Source: Synechococcus sp. (lineage in GTDB: Bacteria; Cyanobacteriota; Cyanobacteriia; Thermostichales; PCC-7336). From it: DNA of 64,000 nt. Below the pieces are notes generated by a model. It was not told the origin of the DNA, searched no databases, and saw nothing but the letters and a program-made list of their open reading frames with translations. Location: NCBI GenBank assembly GCA_051439425.1, contig JBFRWD010000078.1, positions 32,001 to 96,000 of the forward strand, given 5' to 3'. Each line of letters starts with the position of its first letter. Position 1 is the stretch's first letter. This document shows positions 51,205-62,326 of this stretch, piece by piece. The position numbers were made by a program, and so were the translations under genes.

Positions 51205-51229
51205 AGCCCCTGCGAGCAGGGGCTTTTTT
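51205..51229 (+). terminator. Rho-independent terminator after glnA
   Basis: AGCCCCTG-CGAG-CAGGGGCT followed by a T-run. Confidence 0.85.
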
Positions 51230-51257
51230 ATTGCCTAAGGAGTAATTTGGGCAGAGC

Positions 51258-51362
51258 TACAGCAATCCGCTATGAAGTCTGGAGAGTTGAGAACACGAAA
51301 ATACTTGATTATCAAGGAACAGTAGTCAGGTAAGTCTCCATAACGGATTGCCGAGCGCCGTA
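51258..51362. mobile_element. 105-bp MITE-like dispersed repeat, copy 3
   Basis: TACAGCAATCCGCTATG...CATAACGGATTGCCGAGCGCCGTA. 77/94 identical to copy 1 over the core, counted by hand, no gaps. Confidence 0.8.
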
Positions 51363-51523
51363 GGACACGCTGCCCCCCCTTCAGACAATTTATCAATTTA
51401 TCCAACCGCACTCGGCGCTTTCCAAGACAGTAAAGAGGATAGTGAGAGTGCTATCGTCTAGGAATTCGTTTATGTTGCTAGTGCATCTAGCGACAGACAT
51501 CAACAATTTTTTAAAATTTAGTA

Positions 51524-52972
51524 ATGACATCTCTGAATCCTTCAGACAGACCTACTTCTCAGCCCGCTGTTGGTGAAGGGGAAGTTGATTTGCCTTCCGT
51601 AACTATCCTCACAATGTTACGGCTGGGACTCTTCCAAATGGGGTTGGGAATTATGTCCCTGCTCACTCTAGGAGTCCTCAATCGACTGATGATTGACGAG
51701 CTGAGAATTCCAGCGTTGGTAGCAGCTGGTTCCATTGCCATGCACCAGTTTGTGTCCCCAGCTCGCCTGTGGTTCGGGCAATTATCCGATGCTAGGCCGC
51801 TGTGGGGATATCACCGCACCGGATATGTGTGGATTGGGACAGCCCTGCTGGCGATCGCGGCATTTATTGCCCTGCAAATAGTGTGGCAGTTGGGGGCCAG
51901 TTACACAGCAGTAGGCTGGACAGGGCCAACCTTTGGCTGGGTTGGAGCCCTGGGGCTAATGTTTGTGCTCTACGGTCTGGCTCTCAGCGCCAGTTCAACG
52001 CCATTTGCAGCCTTATTAGTCGATGTCTCTGACGAAGACAACCGATCGCGAATTGTCAGTGTGGTGTGGTCCATGCTGATGATCGGCATCATTATTGGAG
52101 CCATTATTAGTAGCCAATTACTAAGCCAATTGGGAGTGGATGCTCCGATTGAAGACTTGCAAGCCACTATCAACAGTCTATTCATCATCATTCCTGTCTC
52201 TGTGGTGGGGTTGTCGGTATTAGCCACCCTGCGCATCGAACGGAAATACTCGCGCTATTCCAGCCGCTCGACCGTTAGCGATCGCGAAGACAGCATTACG
52301 TTGGGTCGGGCACTAACCGTTCTCACCAGCAGTCGCCAGACCGGAATTTTCTTTAGTTTCCTGCTGTTAATGAGCATTAGTTTATTCATGCAAGACGCCA
52401 TTCTCGAACCCTACGGCGGAGAGGTATTTGGCATGAAGATTTCCGAAACCACCCGACTCAATGCCTTTTTCGGCATGGGCACCCTGCTGGGAATCGCGAC
52501 AACAGGATTTGCGATTGTTCCTCGTTGCGGTAAGCAAGGCACAACCCGCCTCGGATGTATTTTGGTCGCAATCTGCCTGATCGGACTGATGATTGCTGGC
52601 TTCACCGGCAATCCCCAATTCTTGATGGGCATGTTGTTGCTGTTCGGTTTTGGGTCGGGAGTACTGACCGCAGGGGCTATTAGCTTGATGCTGGATCTAA
52701 CGGCAGCCGAAACTGCCGGGACGTTTATTGGGGCATGGGGCTTGGCACAAGCGATGGCGAGAGGGTTATCCACTGTCTTAGGTGGAGGAGTACTCGATAT
52801 GGGTCGCTGGCTGTTCGATACACCGGTTTTGGCCTACTCGTCTGTTTTCATAGTGCAAGCTGTTGGAATGTTGACAGCATTATTTATTCTCAAGCAGGTC
52901 AATATCCAAGAATTTCAGGACAATACAAAGCAGGCGATTGCTGCCGTTCTGAGTAGCGAAATTGAGGATTAG
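51524..52972 (+). CDS. BCD family MFS transporter (PucC-like)
   Basis: RLGLFQMGLG, LNRLMI.EL, FGQLSD, ILEPYGGEVF, GTFIGAWGLAQA. Confidence 0.92.
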   Translation: MTSLNPSDRPTSQPAVGEGEVDLPSVTILTMLRLGLFQMGLGIMSLLTLGVLNRLMIDELRIPALVAAGSIAMHQFVSPARLWFGQLSDARPLWGYHRTGYVWIGTALLAIAAFIALQIVWQLGASYTAVGWTGPTFGWVGALGLMFVLYGLALSASSTPFAALLVDVSDEDNRSRIVSVVWSMLMIGIIIGAIISSQLLSQLGVDAPIEDLQATINSLFIIIPVSVVGLSVLATLRIERKYSRYSSRSTVSDREDSITLGRALTVLTSSRQTGIFFSFLLLMSISLFMQDAILEPYGGEVFGMKISETTRLNAFFGMGTLLGIATTGFAIVPRCGKQGTTRLGCILVAICLIGLMIAGFTGNPQFLMGMLLLFGFGSGVLTAGAISLMLDLTAAETAGTFIGAWGLAQAMARGLSTVLGGGVLDMGRWLFDTPVLAYSSVFIVQAVGMLTALFILKQVNIQEFQDNTKQAIAAVLSSEIED

Positions 52973-52975
52973 TCC

Positions 52976-54295
52976 ATGACAGCCCCGCCCTCCCGGCGAC
53001 GTCGCAGTAGCAATCCAGGTGGTTTTACCTGGCATCAATGGCGTACGGGATGGCGAGATTTTGACGGAATATTGATGGGGACCGTCCTGCTGTTGAATGC
53101 CATTGGCATTGTGGCGATTTACAGCACCAACACCACCAGTTCGTTTTGGTCACAACAAGGGTTAACCAGTGTCCTCTGCGTAATGCTAGCGATCGCCCTT
53201 TCTCGACTTGATTATCGCTGGCTACAGAAATGGCACTGGGTGCTGTATGGCATCAGCCTAGCCATGCTGGTTGGAGTATTGGTGGCGGGGGTGACCAGTG
53301 GTGGAGCCGCTCGCTGGCTGATGGTGGCAGGCTTTAAGGTGCAACCGTCGGAATTTGCCAAATTAGCCGTAATTCTCACAACTGCTGCAATTCTGCACCG
53401 TTGGCCGATTCGTCATTTTGCTCAAGTGTGGCTGGTGGCCCTGGCATTCGTGCCCCCCTGGATTTTGATTTTTCTGCAGCCTGACTTGGGCACCGCACTA
53501 ATCTTTGTGGCCATTTTTACCGGTATGACCTATTGGGGCGGAGCACGCCTGAGTTGGCTCGTGCTGCTTGCCTCCCCTGCTGTGGCAGCGATCGTCTATG
53601 GCTTCTACACCGGCACAAATGCCCAATGGCTGTTGTGGACTTGGCTGGGTTGGGTAGTGTTTGCCTGTGGGTTGGCTCTTTGGCAGTTGCCGTGGCGACG
53701 GCTGAGCGTCTCTGTTGTGGCGTTGCTGAATCTGTCGGCTGGTTTCTTAGGGCAAATTGTCTGGGGGGTGTTGCAACCCTATCAGCGTCAGCGCCTGCTC
53801 ATCTTTATGGATCCGGATGGCGATCCGTTGGGGGCAGGCTACCACCTGATTCAGTCTCGCATTGCGATTGGGGCCGGCGGAGTCTGGGGCCAGGGGATTA
53901 CTCAAGGCAGCCAGACACAGCTCAATTTTATTCCCGAGCAGCATACTGACTTTATCTTTGCCGCCATCGGTGAAGAGCTGGGCTTTGTGGGTGCAATGGT
54001 GGTCCTGCTGCTCATTTGGCTGATTTGTCTACGGCTGGTGGCAATCGCCCACTCTGCTAGAGATGATTTCGGGTCACTAGTGGCGATCGGTGTGTTCAGC
54101 ACCATTCTGTTTCAATCATTAGTCAACATAGGCATGACAATTGGCCTCATGCCGATTACCGGCTTGCCACTGCCATTTGTCAGCTACGGTCGCTCAGCCC
54201 TGTTAACATACTTTTTAGCCCTTGGCATTGTGGAGTCAGTGGCGAAACATCGAACTCCCCCTCGGTTCTTCCACCAGGGCAACAGCATTCGCTAG
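52976..54295 (+). CDS. rodA: Rod shape-determining protein RodA (SEDS family)
   Basis: QPSEFAK, LQPDLGT, GYHLIQSRIAIGAGG, FIPEQHTDFIF, TGLPLPFVSYG. Confidence 0.93.
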   Translation: MTAPPSRRRRSSNPGGFTWHQWRTGWRDFDGILMGTVLLLNAIGIVAIYSTNTTSSFWSQQGLTSVLCVMLAIALSRLDYRWLQKWHWVLYGISLAMLVGVLVAGVTSGGAARWLMVAGFKVQPSEFAKLAVILTTAAILHRWPIRHFAQVWLVALAFVPPWILIFLQPDLGTALIFVAIFTGMTYWGGARLSWLVLLASPAVAAIVYGFYTGTNAQWLLWTWLGWVVFACGLALWQLPWRRLSVSVVALLNLSAGFLGQIVWGVLQPYQRQRLLIFMDPDGDPLGAGYHLIQSRIAIGAGGVWGQGITQGSQTQLNFIPEQHTDFIFAAIGEELGFVGAMVVLLLIWLICLRLVAIAHSARDDFGSLVAIGVFSTILFQSLVNIGMTIGLMPITGLPLPFVSYGRSALLTYFLALGIVESVAKHRTPPRFFHQGNSIR

Positions 54296-54554
54296 CAATA
54301 CTGGTACGAACACAATAGAAGGTCTCAAACAACAAAGAAAAAGCGATTTAAGTCTCGGACATTGAAGAAGGTATCAGCCTCGCTAGACAAGCCACCTCTA
54401 GCTGCGATTGAGGGAGCTTATTTCATCCATTAGACGATCGCAAGAGCGACTGGGATGTGTCCGCTTACAATACCTGTAAGGGTAGATAATTGGATGATGT
54501 CTTTTCGGGACTGTCGCCGTTACTCTACCGATGCTCTCGTTTCGGAATAGTGCA

Positions 54555-54698
54555 ATGACGACAGAATCTGCGATCGCCAAAGCTCAACTGGTTGACGAAC
54601 AGACTGAGGGTAAGCAAGAAGCTACCGCCTATTTCGGTCGTCCTATTGCCAGCAACGACATCGACAACTCTGACGATTTGATGGGCTACCTGGACTAG
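54555..54698 (+). CDS. Small acidic hypothetical protein (47 aa, not in ORF track)
   Basis: MTTESAIAKAQLVDEQTEGKQEATAYFGRPIASNDIDNSDDLMGYLD*. Stops 19 bp before the convergent recQ stop. Confidence 0.6.
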   Translation: MTTESAIAKAQLVDEQTEGKQEATAYFGRPIASNDIDNSDDLMGYLD

Positions 54699-54717
54699 TC
54701 AGAACGTCTAAGGCCGG

Positions 54718-56232
54718 TCAAAACATACTGGCGGCTGAACGACAATTGTCGCAGACTTTGCAGGGGCGATTTGCTGCATAGCCCAGTGCGGTTTCAATGG
54801 CCTGCCAGCGGCACTGCTTATTAGTGACCAACATTTGAATGGAGGTGCAATCGTTTTGATTGCGCCTTTTTTGCTTGAGATATGAGATTGGAGATCCTCG
54901 CCCGACCTGCCGTCGCGAGAAGTGGAACGGATCGTCCCAATGAATGTGCCCTGATTGCCTTAGCAGCGCCAAGGACAGCGCGTTTGTCGGTGACTGCGCC
55001 ACAACACGCTCGTGCGTTCCTCGCTCCGGGAGTTTCGGGAAAAGCTGTTGCGCCTGCCTCTGGACATCTAACTTCTGGTGCTGAAAATACCGCCACAGTT
55101 GGTGATCGCTGCTGTCCAGCAATCCGGTCGGTTCGGAGACGAGCATCAGTGCATCGGCGGCTTGGCCATCGCGTCCGGCACGCCCAATTTCCTGAACGTA
55201 ATCGGTCACGCTTGCAGGCGGTTGAAAGTGAAGCACCCAGCGAACATGAGGGCAGTCAACCCCCATGCCAAATGCAGTGGTGCAAACCAAGAACGATCGC
55301 TCCCCCGACAACCACTCGCGCTCCAGTCGCCTGCGCCGCTCGGAACACACTCCACCGTGATAAGCCACTGCTAGCAATCCTTGCGAAGACAGAGTGTCTG
55401 CCAACTCCTGACAGACTTTGCGAGTGCGAGCATAAACCAGCCCCGTCTGCCCTGAATGCTGCCGCACAAAGGCAATTAATTGCTTACGACGCCCTGCTGC
55501 CGTCCACGCTACCTTCAGTGCGATACGAATATTCTCCCGTCGTGGACTAGCACGAACCACTAACGGATTCTGTAGCTCCAGTACATCCTGCAACAGTGCT
55601 TGTGTGTCTTGATTGGCTGTTGCTGTAAATGCAGCAACGGAGAACTGCCGTCCCAATCCCCGGCGAATTGAGCCTAGCCGCATGAATGCCGGTCGAAACG
55701 AGCTACCCCATTCAGCTACAGTATGAGCCTCATCAACGATCGCCCCGGCAATGGTGACTGATGGCCACTGCAGTCGTTCCCATACCGATGAATGGAACAC
55801 CATTTCGGGAGACAAGTAGAGCAACGCTAGCTGCCCCCGCTCCAATTGCGACAGAATGCGACGCTTGCGATGGCGATCGAGCTGACCGTGCAATGCTTCA
55901 GCGTTCAAACCTCGCTTCTTCAAGCACCTAGCTTGATCTTCCATCAGCGCTATCAAGGGGGTAATAACAAGCGTCACTCCCGTTTGCAGGCTGGCTGGAA
56001 GCTGGAAGCACAAAGACTTTCCAAACCCTGTGGGCAACACCACCAGAGCATCCCGACCGTTCAGCAATGCTGCAATGACATCCGCTTGAGGAGACCGAAG
56101 TTGAGCTAACCCCCAATAACGCTGCAGCTGAGCTTGGACCGATGCGGGAAGACCATTGGTAGTACCGGGCTCCCGAGCATCAATGGGTGACCCAACATAA
56201 GGATGATTCGCAGAATAGCCGGCCATTGACAC
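54718..56232 (-). CDS. recQ: RecQ family ATP-dependent DNA helicase
   Basis: LPTGFGKSLCFQLPA, VDEAH, FRP.F..L, TATA, AFGMGVD, QEIGRAGRDG and a Cys cluster (C..CDNC). Confidence 0.93.
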   Translation of the reverse strand: MSMAGYSANHPYVGSPIDAREPGTTNGLPASVQAQLQRYWGLAQLRSPQADVIAALLNGRDALVVLPTGFGKSLCFQLPASLQTGVTLVITPLIALMEDQARCLKKRGLNAEALHGQLDRHRKRRILSQLERGQLALLYLSPEMVFHSSVWERLQWPSVTIAGAIVDEAHTVAEWGSSFRPAFMRLGSIRRGLGRQFSVAAFTATANQDTQALLQDVLELQNPLVVRASPRRENIRIALKVAWTAAGRRKQLIAFVRQHSGQTGLVYARTRKVCQELADTLSSQGLLAVAYHGGVCSERRRRLEREWLSGERSFLVCTTAFGMGVDCPHVRWVLHFQPPASVTDYVQEIGRAGRDGQAADALMLVSEPTGLLDSSDHQLWRYFQHQKLDVQRQAQQLFPKLPERGTHERVVAQSPTNALSLALLRQSGHIHWDDPFHFSRRQVGRGSPISYLKQKRRNQNDCTSIQMLVTNKQCRWQAIETALGYAANRPCKVCDNCRSAASMF

Positions 56233-56262
56233 TCAGACGAAGCAATACGGGCCATCGAGATA

Positions 56263-57654
56263 CTAGTGGCCGATTCCAATGTAAGTAAATCCAGCCTCCG
56301 CCAACACCGTGCGATCGAGGATATTGCGACCATCCACAATAGCAGGATGAGGCATTAACGGAGCCAATTTGGCAAAGTCCAGCGACCGGAACTCCTGCCA
56401 CTCGGTAACCAACACCAAAACATCGCAGCCCTCTACCGCTTTCTCGACACTGGGCTCAAGAGACACCCCTGCATAGTCAGCATCGCTATCAGGCTGAGAC
56501 AAAATTGGGTCGTAGGCTTTCACTTTGGCCCCCAAACGATTCAGCTTTTCCACCAAAGTCAGGGCAGGAGCATCCCGCATGTCATCGGTGTTGGGTTTGA
56601 AGGTCATGCCTAACAAACCAACTGTTTTCCCCTTCAAAATCTTGAGGTGTTGCTGGAGCTTTTCAACCACTTGCTGCCGCTGATACTGGTTGACACTGAC
56701 AGCAGCTTTTAACAACTGCGTATCGTAGCCATAGTCAGCTCCCGTATGGATTAACGCTGCTACATCTTTAGGGAAGCAAGACCCCCCCCAACCCAATCCG
56801 GCCTGCAGAAATTTCTCGCCGATACGGGAATCCAGTCCAATGCCTTTAGCCACTTCAACCACATCCGCGCCTACGCGATCGCAGATATTGGCAATCTCGT
56901 TCGCAAAACTAATTTTGGTAGCCAAAAATGAATTGGAGGCATATTTCACCATCTCGGCAGAGCTCAAGTCAGTCACCACTACCGGTACGTTAGACAATGA
57001 CTTATCTCCCGCATAGCTGCGATCGACGATAGGTGCGTACAGCTCCTTCATGAAGGCAATCGCCTCGGGGTTATTGCCCCCCAGCACAATGCGATCGGGG
57101 TTGAGTGTATCGAAAATGGCCGAACCTTCTCTCAAGAATTCGGGGTTACTGACCACTTCAAACTTAGGAACTGGAAGCGCCGCGGTAGATATATTGCTGC
57201 CTGCTTCAACCAATGTCTGTTGGCTCTCGGCCATTCCTTCCAGCACCAGCATGCGCACCCAATTTCCAGACCCAATCGGGACTGTAGACTTATTGACAAT
57301 GACCTTGAAGTCATCTGGAGTTAGATGCGAGCCAATTCCACGGGCAACCGCTTCCACAAAACGGGTATCGCTTTCACCGCTGGGTAAAGGAGGGGTGCCG
57401 ACCGCAATAAATAAGACATCGCTGCTCTTGACTCCCCGCTCCAAATCGGTGGTGAACTGGATGCGATCGCTTTGAATCGCCTCTTGCATCAGCTCGGATA
57501 ACCCCGGCTCGTAAATTGGGGATTTCCCCGCTTGCATGACTTTAACTTTGGCTTCGTTATTGTCAACGCAAATCACATCGTGGCCGACATGCGCCAAACA
57601 CACCCCGGTCACCAGGCCTACATAGCCAGTTCCAATTACACATACTTGCATCAA
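56263..57654 (-). CDS. ugd: UDP-glucose 6-dehydrogenase
   Basis: VIGTGYVGL, IAVGTP, KSTVP, SNPEFLREG, GWGGSCFPKD, FKPNTDDMR. Confidence 0.96.
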   Translation of the reverse strand: MMQVCVIGTGYVGLVTGVCLAHVGHDVICVDNNEAKVKVMQAGKSPIYEPGLSELMQEAIQSDRIQFTTDLERGVKSSDVLFIAVGTPPLPSGESDTRFVEAVARGIGSHLTPDDFKVIVNKSTVPIGSGNWVRMLVLEGMAESQQTLVEAGSNISTAALPVPKFEVVSNPEFLREGSAIFDTLNPDRIVLGGNNPEAIAFMKELYAPIVDRSYAGDKSLSNVPVVVTDLSSAEMVKYASNSFLATKISFANEIANICDRVGADVVEVAKGIGLDSRIGEKFLQAGLGWGGSCFPKDVAALIHTGADYGYDTQLLKAAVSVNQYQRQQVVEKLQQHLKILKGKTVGLLGMTFKPNTDDMRDAPALTLVEKLNRLGAKVKAYDPILSQPDSDADYAGVSLEPSVEKAVEGCDVLVLVTEWQEFRSLDFAKLAPLMPHPAIVDGRNILDRTVLAEAGFTYIGIGH

Positions 57655-57782
57655 CGGTCTCCTAGCTCACATGTTGAGGGGAATGAGTAAATAGTTGGGA
57701 TCGCTCACGAACATACGATTCGTGAAAAAGCCTTCAAAGGAAAAATCATACAAAGGAAAACACACTCAGAGGGAGTGAATAC

Positions 57783-58425
<643 letters not shown>

Positions 58426-58884
58426 TCAGCAACGGCATGCTTTATTGACATAGCAGTCTCTACATAAAGCCTACTTTCAAGTGTTGCAAATTGCGTCAAC
58501 GATATACGCCAAATCTCACCCCCGGCTGTGTATATATATACGAATACAGGCGGAACAAAGAACATTCTATGATGCCAAACGAGTGTCATATCTCCCTTGA
58601 GGCGTTAGAAGCATTCACTGTACGTTGCTACAACAGCCCTCCACATTCACCTGGTTCTGAAATCTACCGAACAACTATTGCAACTACTTTTTAAAGGTTG
58701 AGATTACTAACTTCATTGCCAGCAAGTTTTTTCTGACAAAAACCTGCAGAGTCGAGCTTCACCAATCGCTTCGAGGCACTCATGTCTTCTGATCTTTAGT
58801 CTTAATTTTCAATTCTCTTTTACTTCAGCTGGATGCATATTTGATTGAGCTGACTGCACATTCTCCATGCGAGTTATTTATCTT

Positions 58885-59637
58885 CTAAAGGGCACAGCCA
58901 AGGTCTTCAGCTAAAACGCTCAGCGCCTTCAGAGCGCGGAGAGAACCACCGATTAAGTGACTTGCTCGAACAGGATGGCGCATCATTTGCACGGCCAATT
59001 GTAGGGGCGAAAGCGAACCATCTGCAGTCAATGCAGCATTCAGGTCCGGGAGATCGTTTGCACAACCATCACTGACAACCCGCAGCATGGCTACGGATAC
59101 CGGTCGATCGCTGAATGCGGCCAATACGGCGGCTCCTTCCATATCAACAATGGTGGCTCCGGTTGTTCGATGCAACTGCTGCTTCTGCTGCGCAACGCAT
59201 ACGGCGCGATCACTACTCACCAGAAGGGTTCGCTCCGTTGAAGGTGAGTGAGGTGGCAGGAGGGAATCTTTCAACGTTTGGCACAAAGAGGGGGAGAACG
59301 ATTGCTCGGACGGGATTGGGGATGTGAAAGTCTGAGAGAAGTGGGTAAGGCAGACATCGGGGATGACCCGTTGCCCCACAGTCATAGAGGGTGACAAACC
59401 ACCGCATAATCCCATCACCACAATGTTCGGGGTGTGGTTGAGGACATTCGGTGACTCGCGATCCGACCACAGTACGGGCATGTTGGCTAAAAAGGACATC
59501 ACGGGTAGAGGTCCAACTGGAATCGCGATTGTCAGCGGCAGGTTTCGCAAGCCAGATCTGCGCAAACCTCTCTCAACAGCTTGGTATTCTGCCCCCTGCG
59601 GTACCAAGATGAAATCGATTGATTCAGAGATAGGCAT
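58885..59637 (-). CDS. hpnG: Hopanoid-associated nucleoside phosphorylase-like protein
   Basis: ILVPQGAEY, MGLCGGL, VDMEGAA, LRVVSD. Divergent from hpnA-hpnH. Confidence 0.78.
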   Translation of the reverse strand: MPISESIDFILVPQGAEYQAVERGLRRSGLRNLPLTIAIPVGPLPVMSFLANMPVLWSDRESPNVLNHTPNIVVMGLCGGLSPSMTVGQRVIPDVCLTHFSQTFTSPIPSEQSFSPSLCQTLKDSLLPPHSPSTERTLLVSSDRAVCVAQQKQQLHRTTGATIVDMEGAAVLAAFSDRPVSVAMLRVVSDGCANDLPDLNAALTADGSLSPLQLAVQMMRHPVRASHLIGGSLRALKALSVLAEDLGCAL

Positions 59638-59939
59638 GGCGACACAAGCAGGACACAGTGTTAGCAAAGTGTTTAACACTCTTGCTCAGGTATAGCCTGC
59701 GAGAGCCACAAAGCGAGGTCTAGACCGAGATAGGGTCTGAGATTTTTGCGTTCCAAACAATTCGAAATTGTTAATAAGCAGTCAAACTGGCCGATCGTCT
59801 ATCCACCCTTGCGATCGCGAATAGGGGGCTCCTATCTCTGCCAAGTACCTGCCGACTTTTGCAGAAAAAATGGCTGTGGAGAGTTATCCGGGCACAATGA
59901 TGTGAGCATTACCATTCGAGCAAAGGGTACCGGAACATC

Positions 59940-60932
59940 GTGCAAGCTTTTGTGACGGGGGGTACGGGATTTGTAGGGGCCAATCTCGTGCGGTTGCTAT
60001 TGGGGGAAGGGTACACCGTTCGGGCTTTAGTCCGCACCACAAGCTGCCTGGATAATTTAGCAGGGTTGGATGTCGAAGTTGTTCGAGGAGATTTGAACGA
60101 TCCGCAACTCTCACAACAGATGCGCGGATGCGATTGTCTCTTTCATGTGGCCGCTCGATATTCTTTGCTCCAACGCGATCGCGATGCGCTGTACCGTGAC
60201 AACGTCCTCGGCACCCGCAATGTCCTCAAGGCAGCCCGAGAGGCCGATGTGGAACGTACCGTTTACACGAGTTCGGTGGCGGCCATCGGAGTTAAACCCC
60301 ACGGTGCGATCGCTGACGAAACCCATCAATCTGATGTGGACGCTTTAATTGGCTATTACAAGCAGTCAAAATACTGGGCCGAACAAGAGGCGATCGCAGC
60401 AGCAAACAGCGGGCAACATGTCGCGATCGTCAATCCGTCCACCCCAATTGGCCCTTGGGACATTAAGCCAACACCGACGGGAGATATCATTTTGCGGTTT
60501 CTGCGCCGAAAGATGCCTGCATATGTAGATACCGGTCTTAATTTGATCGATGTTCGGGATGTTGCCAGAGGTCATCTCCTAGCCCTCAAGCATGCTCAAC
60601 CCGGCGAGCGCTATATCCTCGGTCATCACAACATCAGCCTCAAACAAATGCTCGATCGCCTGTCGGATATCACCGGCTTGCCAGCACCAACAGCAACCGT
60701 TCCACTATGGCTACCTTTGTCTGTGGCGTGGGTAGAGGAGACCATCTTAGCTAGATTAGGAAGAGAACCATCTATCCCCATAGATGGTGTGCGTATGTCA
60801 TCCGAACCGATGTACTACACAGCAGACAAAGCCGTGCGAGAACTGGGTTTACCCCAATCTCCAGTCGATGGAGCGCTCGCCGACGCAATTGAGTGGTTTT
60901 ACGAGCGGGGGTATGCCACAGTTAAAGAATGA
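59940..60932 (+). CDS. hpnA: Hopanoid-associated sugar epimerase / NAD-dependent dehydratase
   Basis: FVTGGTGFVG, FHVAA.Y, YTSSVA, YKQSK, GPWDIKPTPTG. Confidence 0.92.
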   Translation: MQAFVTGGTGFVGANLVRLLLGEGYTVRALVRTTSCLDNLAGLDVEVVRGDLNDPQLSQQMRGCDCLFHVAARYSLLQRDRDALYRDNVLGTRNVLKAAREADVERTVYTSSVAAIGVKPHGAIADETHQSDVDALIGYYKQSKYWAEQEAIAAANSGQHVAIVNPSTPIGPWDIKPTPTGDIILRFLRRKMPAYVDTGLNLIDVRDVARGHLLALKHAQPGERYILGHHNISLKQMLDRLSDITGLPAPTATVPLWLPLSVAWVEETILARLGREPSIPIDGVRMSSEPMYYTADKAVRELGLPQSPVDGALADAIEWFYERGYATVKE

Positions 60933-61003
60933 TTTCAAATCGTTAACAATTGGGCATAGATATCAACAGCCCTCCCCCCCTTGGAATGTGAAGGAGTGAG
61001 TAC

Positions 61004-62026
61004 ATGGCAGTCAATGTTCAACAAGCGGTCTCCGTCGGAAAATACTTAGTCTCCCAGCGGGTGAAAGGACGTCAAAAGTATCCGCTGGTGCTGATGCTCG
61101 AGCCTCTCTTCCGTTGTAACCTGGCTTGCCCCGGCTGCGGAAAAATTCAGCACCCCAACGAAATACTTCGCCAACAACTATCTCCAGAAGAATGTTTCAA
61201 GGCAGTTGAAGAGTGCGGGGCTCCTGTGGTTTCTATCCCGGGTGGAGAGCCATTGCTCCATCCGCAAATTGACGAAATTGTCGATGGCTTAGTCGCCCGT
61301 AAAAAGTTTGTCTATCTCTGCACGAATGCCATTCTGCTCGAGAAGAACCTGCACAAGTTCAAGCCCTCTGACTATCTGACCTTCAGCATTCACCTCGATG
61401 GGCTAGGCAGTCACCACGATAAGGCCGTCGATCGCGAAGGTGTGTTTGATGTAGCAGTTGCTGCCATCAAAGCGGCCAAAGCCAAAGGATTCCGCGTCAC
61501 CACAAACACCACCGTCTTTAACGATGCCGATCCGGCAGAGGTTCAGAAGTTCTTCAACTACGTCTCCGAGCTGGACGTAGATGGCATGATGGTGTCTCCC
61601 GGATACAGCTACGAGTGGGCACCCGACCAAGATCACTTCCTACGTCGTGAAGAAACAAAGGCTCTCTTCCGCGAAATTTTGGCCCCCTTCAAAGCAGGAG
61701 AAACCAAGTGGAGCTTTAACCATAATCCTCTGTTCTTGGACTTCTTGACGGGGGAAAAAGAATACGATTGCACCCCTTGGGGCAGTCCCAGTTACAGCGT
61801 CTTAGGCTGGCAGAAGCCCTGCTACCTCCTCAATGAGGGGCATTACGAATCCTTCCAGGAGCTGATGGACAAGACCGATTGGGAAAATTACGGTCGCTCT
61901 AGCGGAAATCCCAAATGTGCTGACTGCATGGTGCACTGTGGCTACGAGCCTACTGCTGCTGAAGATGCAATGGCTCCAAAAAATATTGCTCGCTCTTTGG
62001 GAAGCGTGCTTGGTTTTGCCAAGTAG
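61004..62026 (+). CDS. hpnH: Adenosylhopane synthase HpnH (radical SAM)
   Basis: [55 protein letters not shown]. Confidence 0.96.
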   Translation: MAVNVQQAVSVGKYLVSQRVKGRQKYPLVLMLEPLFRCNLACPGCGKIQHPNEILRQQLSPEECFKAVEECGAPVVSIPGGEPLLHPQIDEIVDGLVARKKFVYLCTNAILLEKNLHKFKPSDYLTFSIHLDGLGSHHDKAVDREGVFDVAVAAIKAAKAKGFRVTTNTTVFNDADPAEVQKFFNYVSELDVDGMMVSPGYSYEWAPDQDHFLRREETKALFREILAPFKAGETKWSFNHNPLFLDFLTGEKEYDCTPWGSPSYSVLGWQKPCYLLNEGHYESFQELMDKTDWENYGRSSGNPKCADCMVHCGYEPTAAEDAMAPKNIARSLGSVLGFAK

Positions 62027-62089
62027 TCCTAGTCACTATCGCGACTAGATGATGACTGCGACAAGCTCCAAACCTCTAAGCATCACAAG

Positions 62090-62134
62090 CCGCTGTATAG
62101 TTAGAGCCGCAATCAAGCTCTAGCTATACAGCGG
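62090..62134. terminator. Long hairpin between convergent hpnH and squalene synthase
   Basis: CCGCTGTATAGTTAGAGC / GCTCTAGCTATACAGCGG, an 18-bp stem with one G-U pair. A second 10-bp hairpin lies at 62230-62259. Confidence 0.6.
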
Positions 62135-62326
62135 ATTAATATTTCTTGCGAAACCTAAGTTTCAAATACGCTTCAGCTCGATAGTCACGAGAACTATGCG
62201 CGCACTCTGTGCTACCAGAGATGAGGCCCGTTCTAAGGCATATTGCAGAGCCTTAGAACCCAGGTTCGCCACAACAGCAATATTGAAGAGATCGTTCCTC
62301 CGGAAGTCAGCCAAAACGACTAGCGG

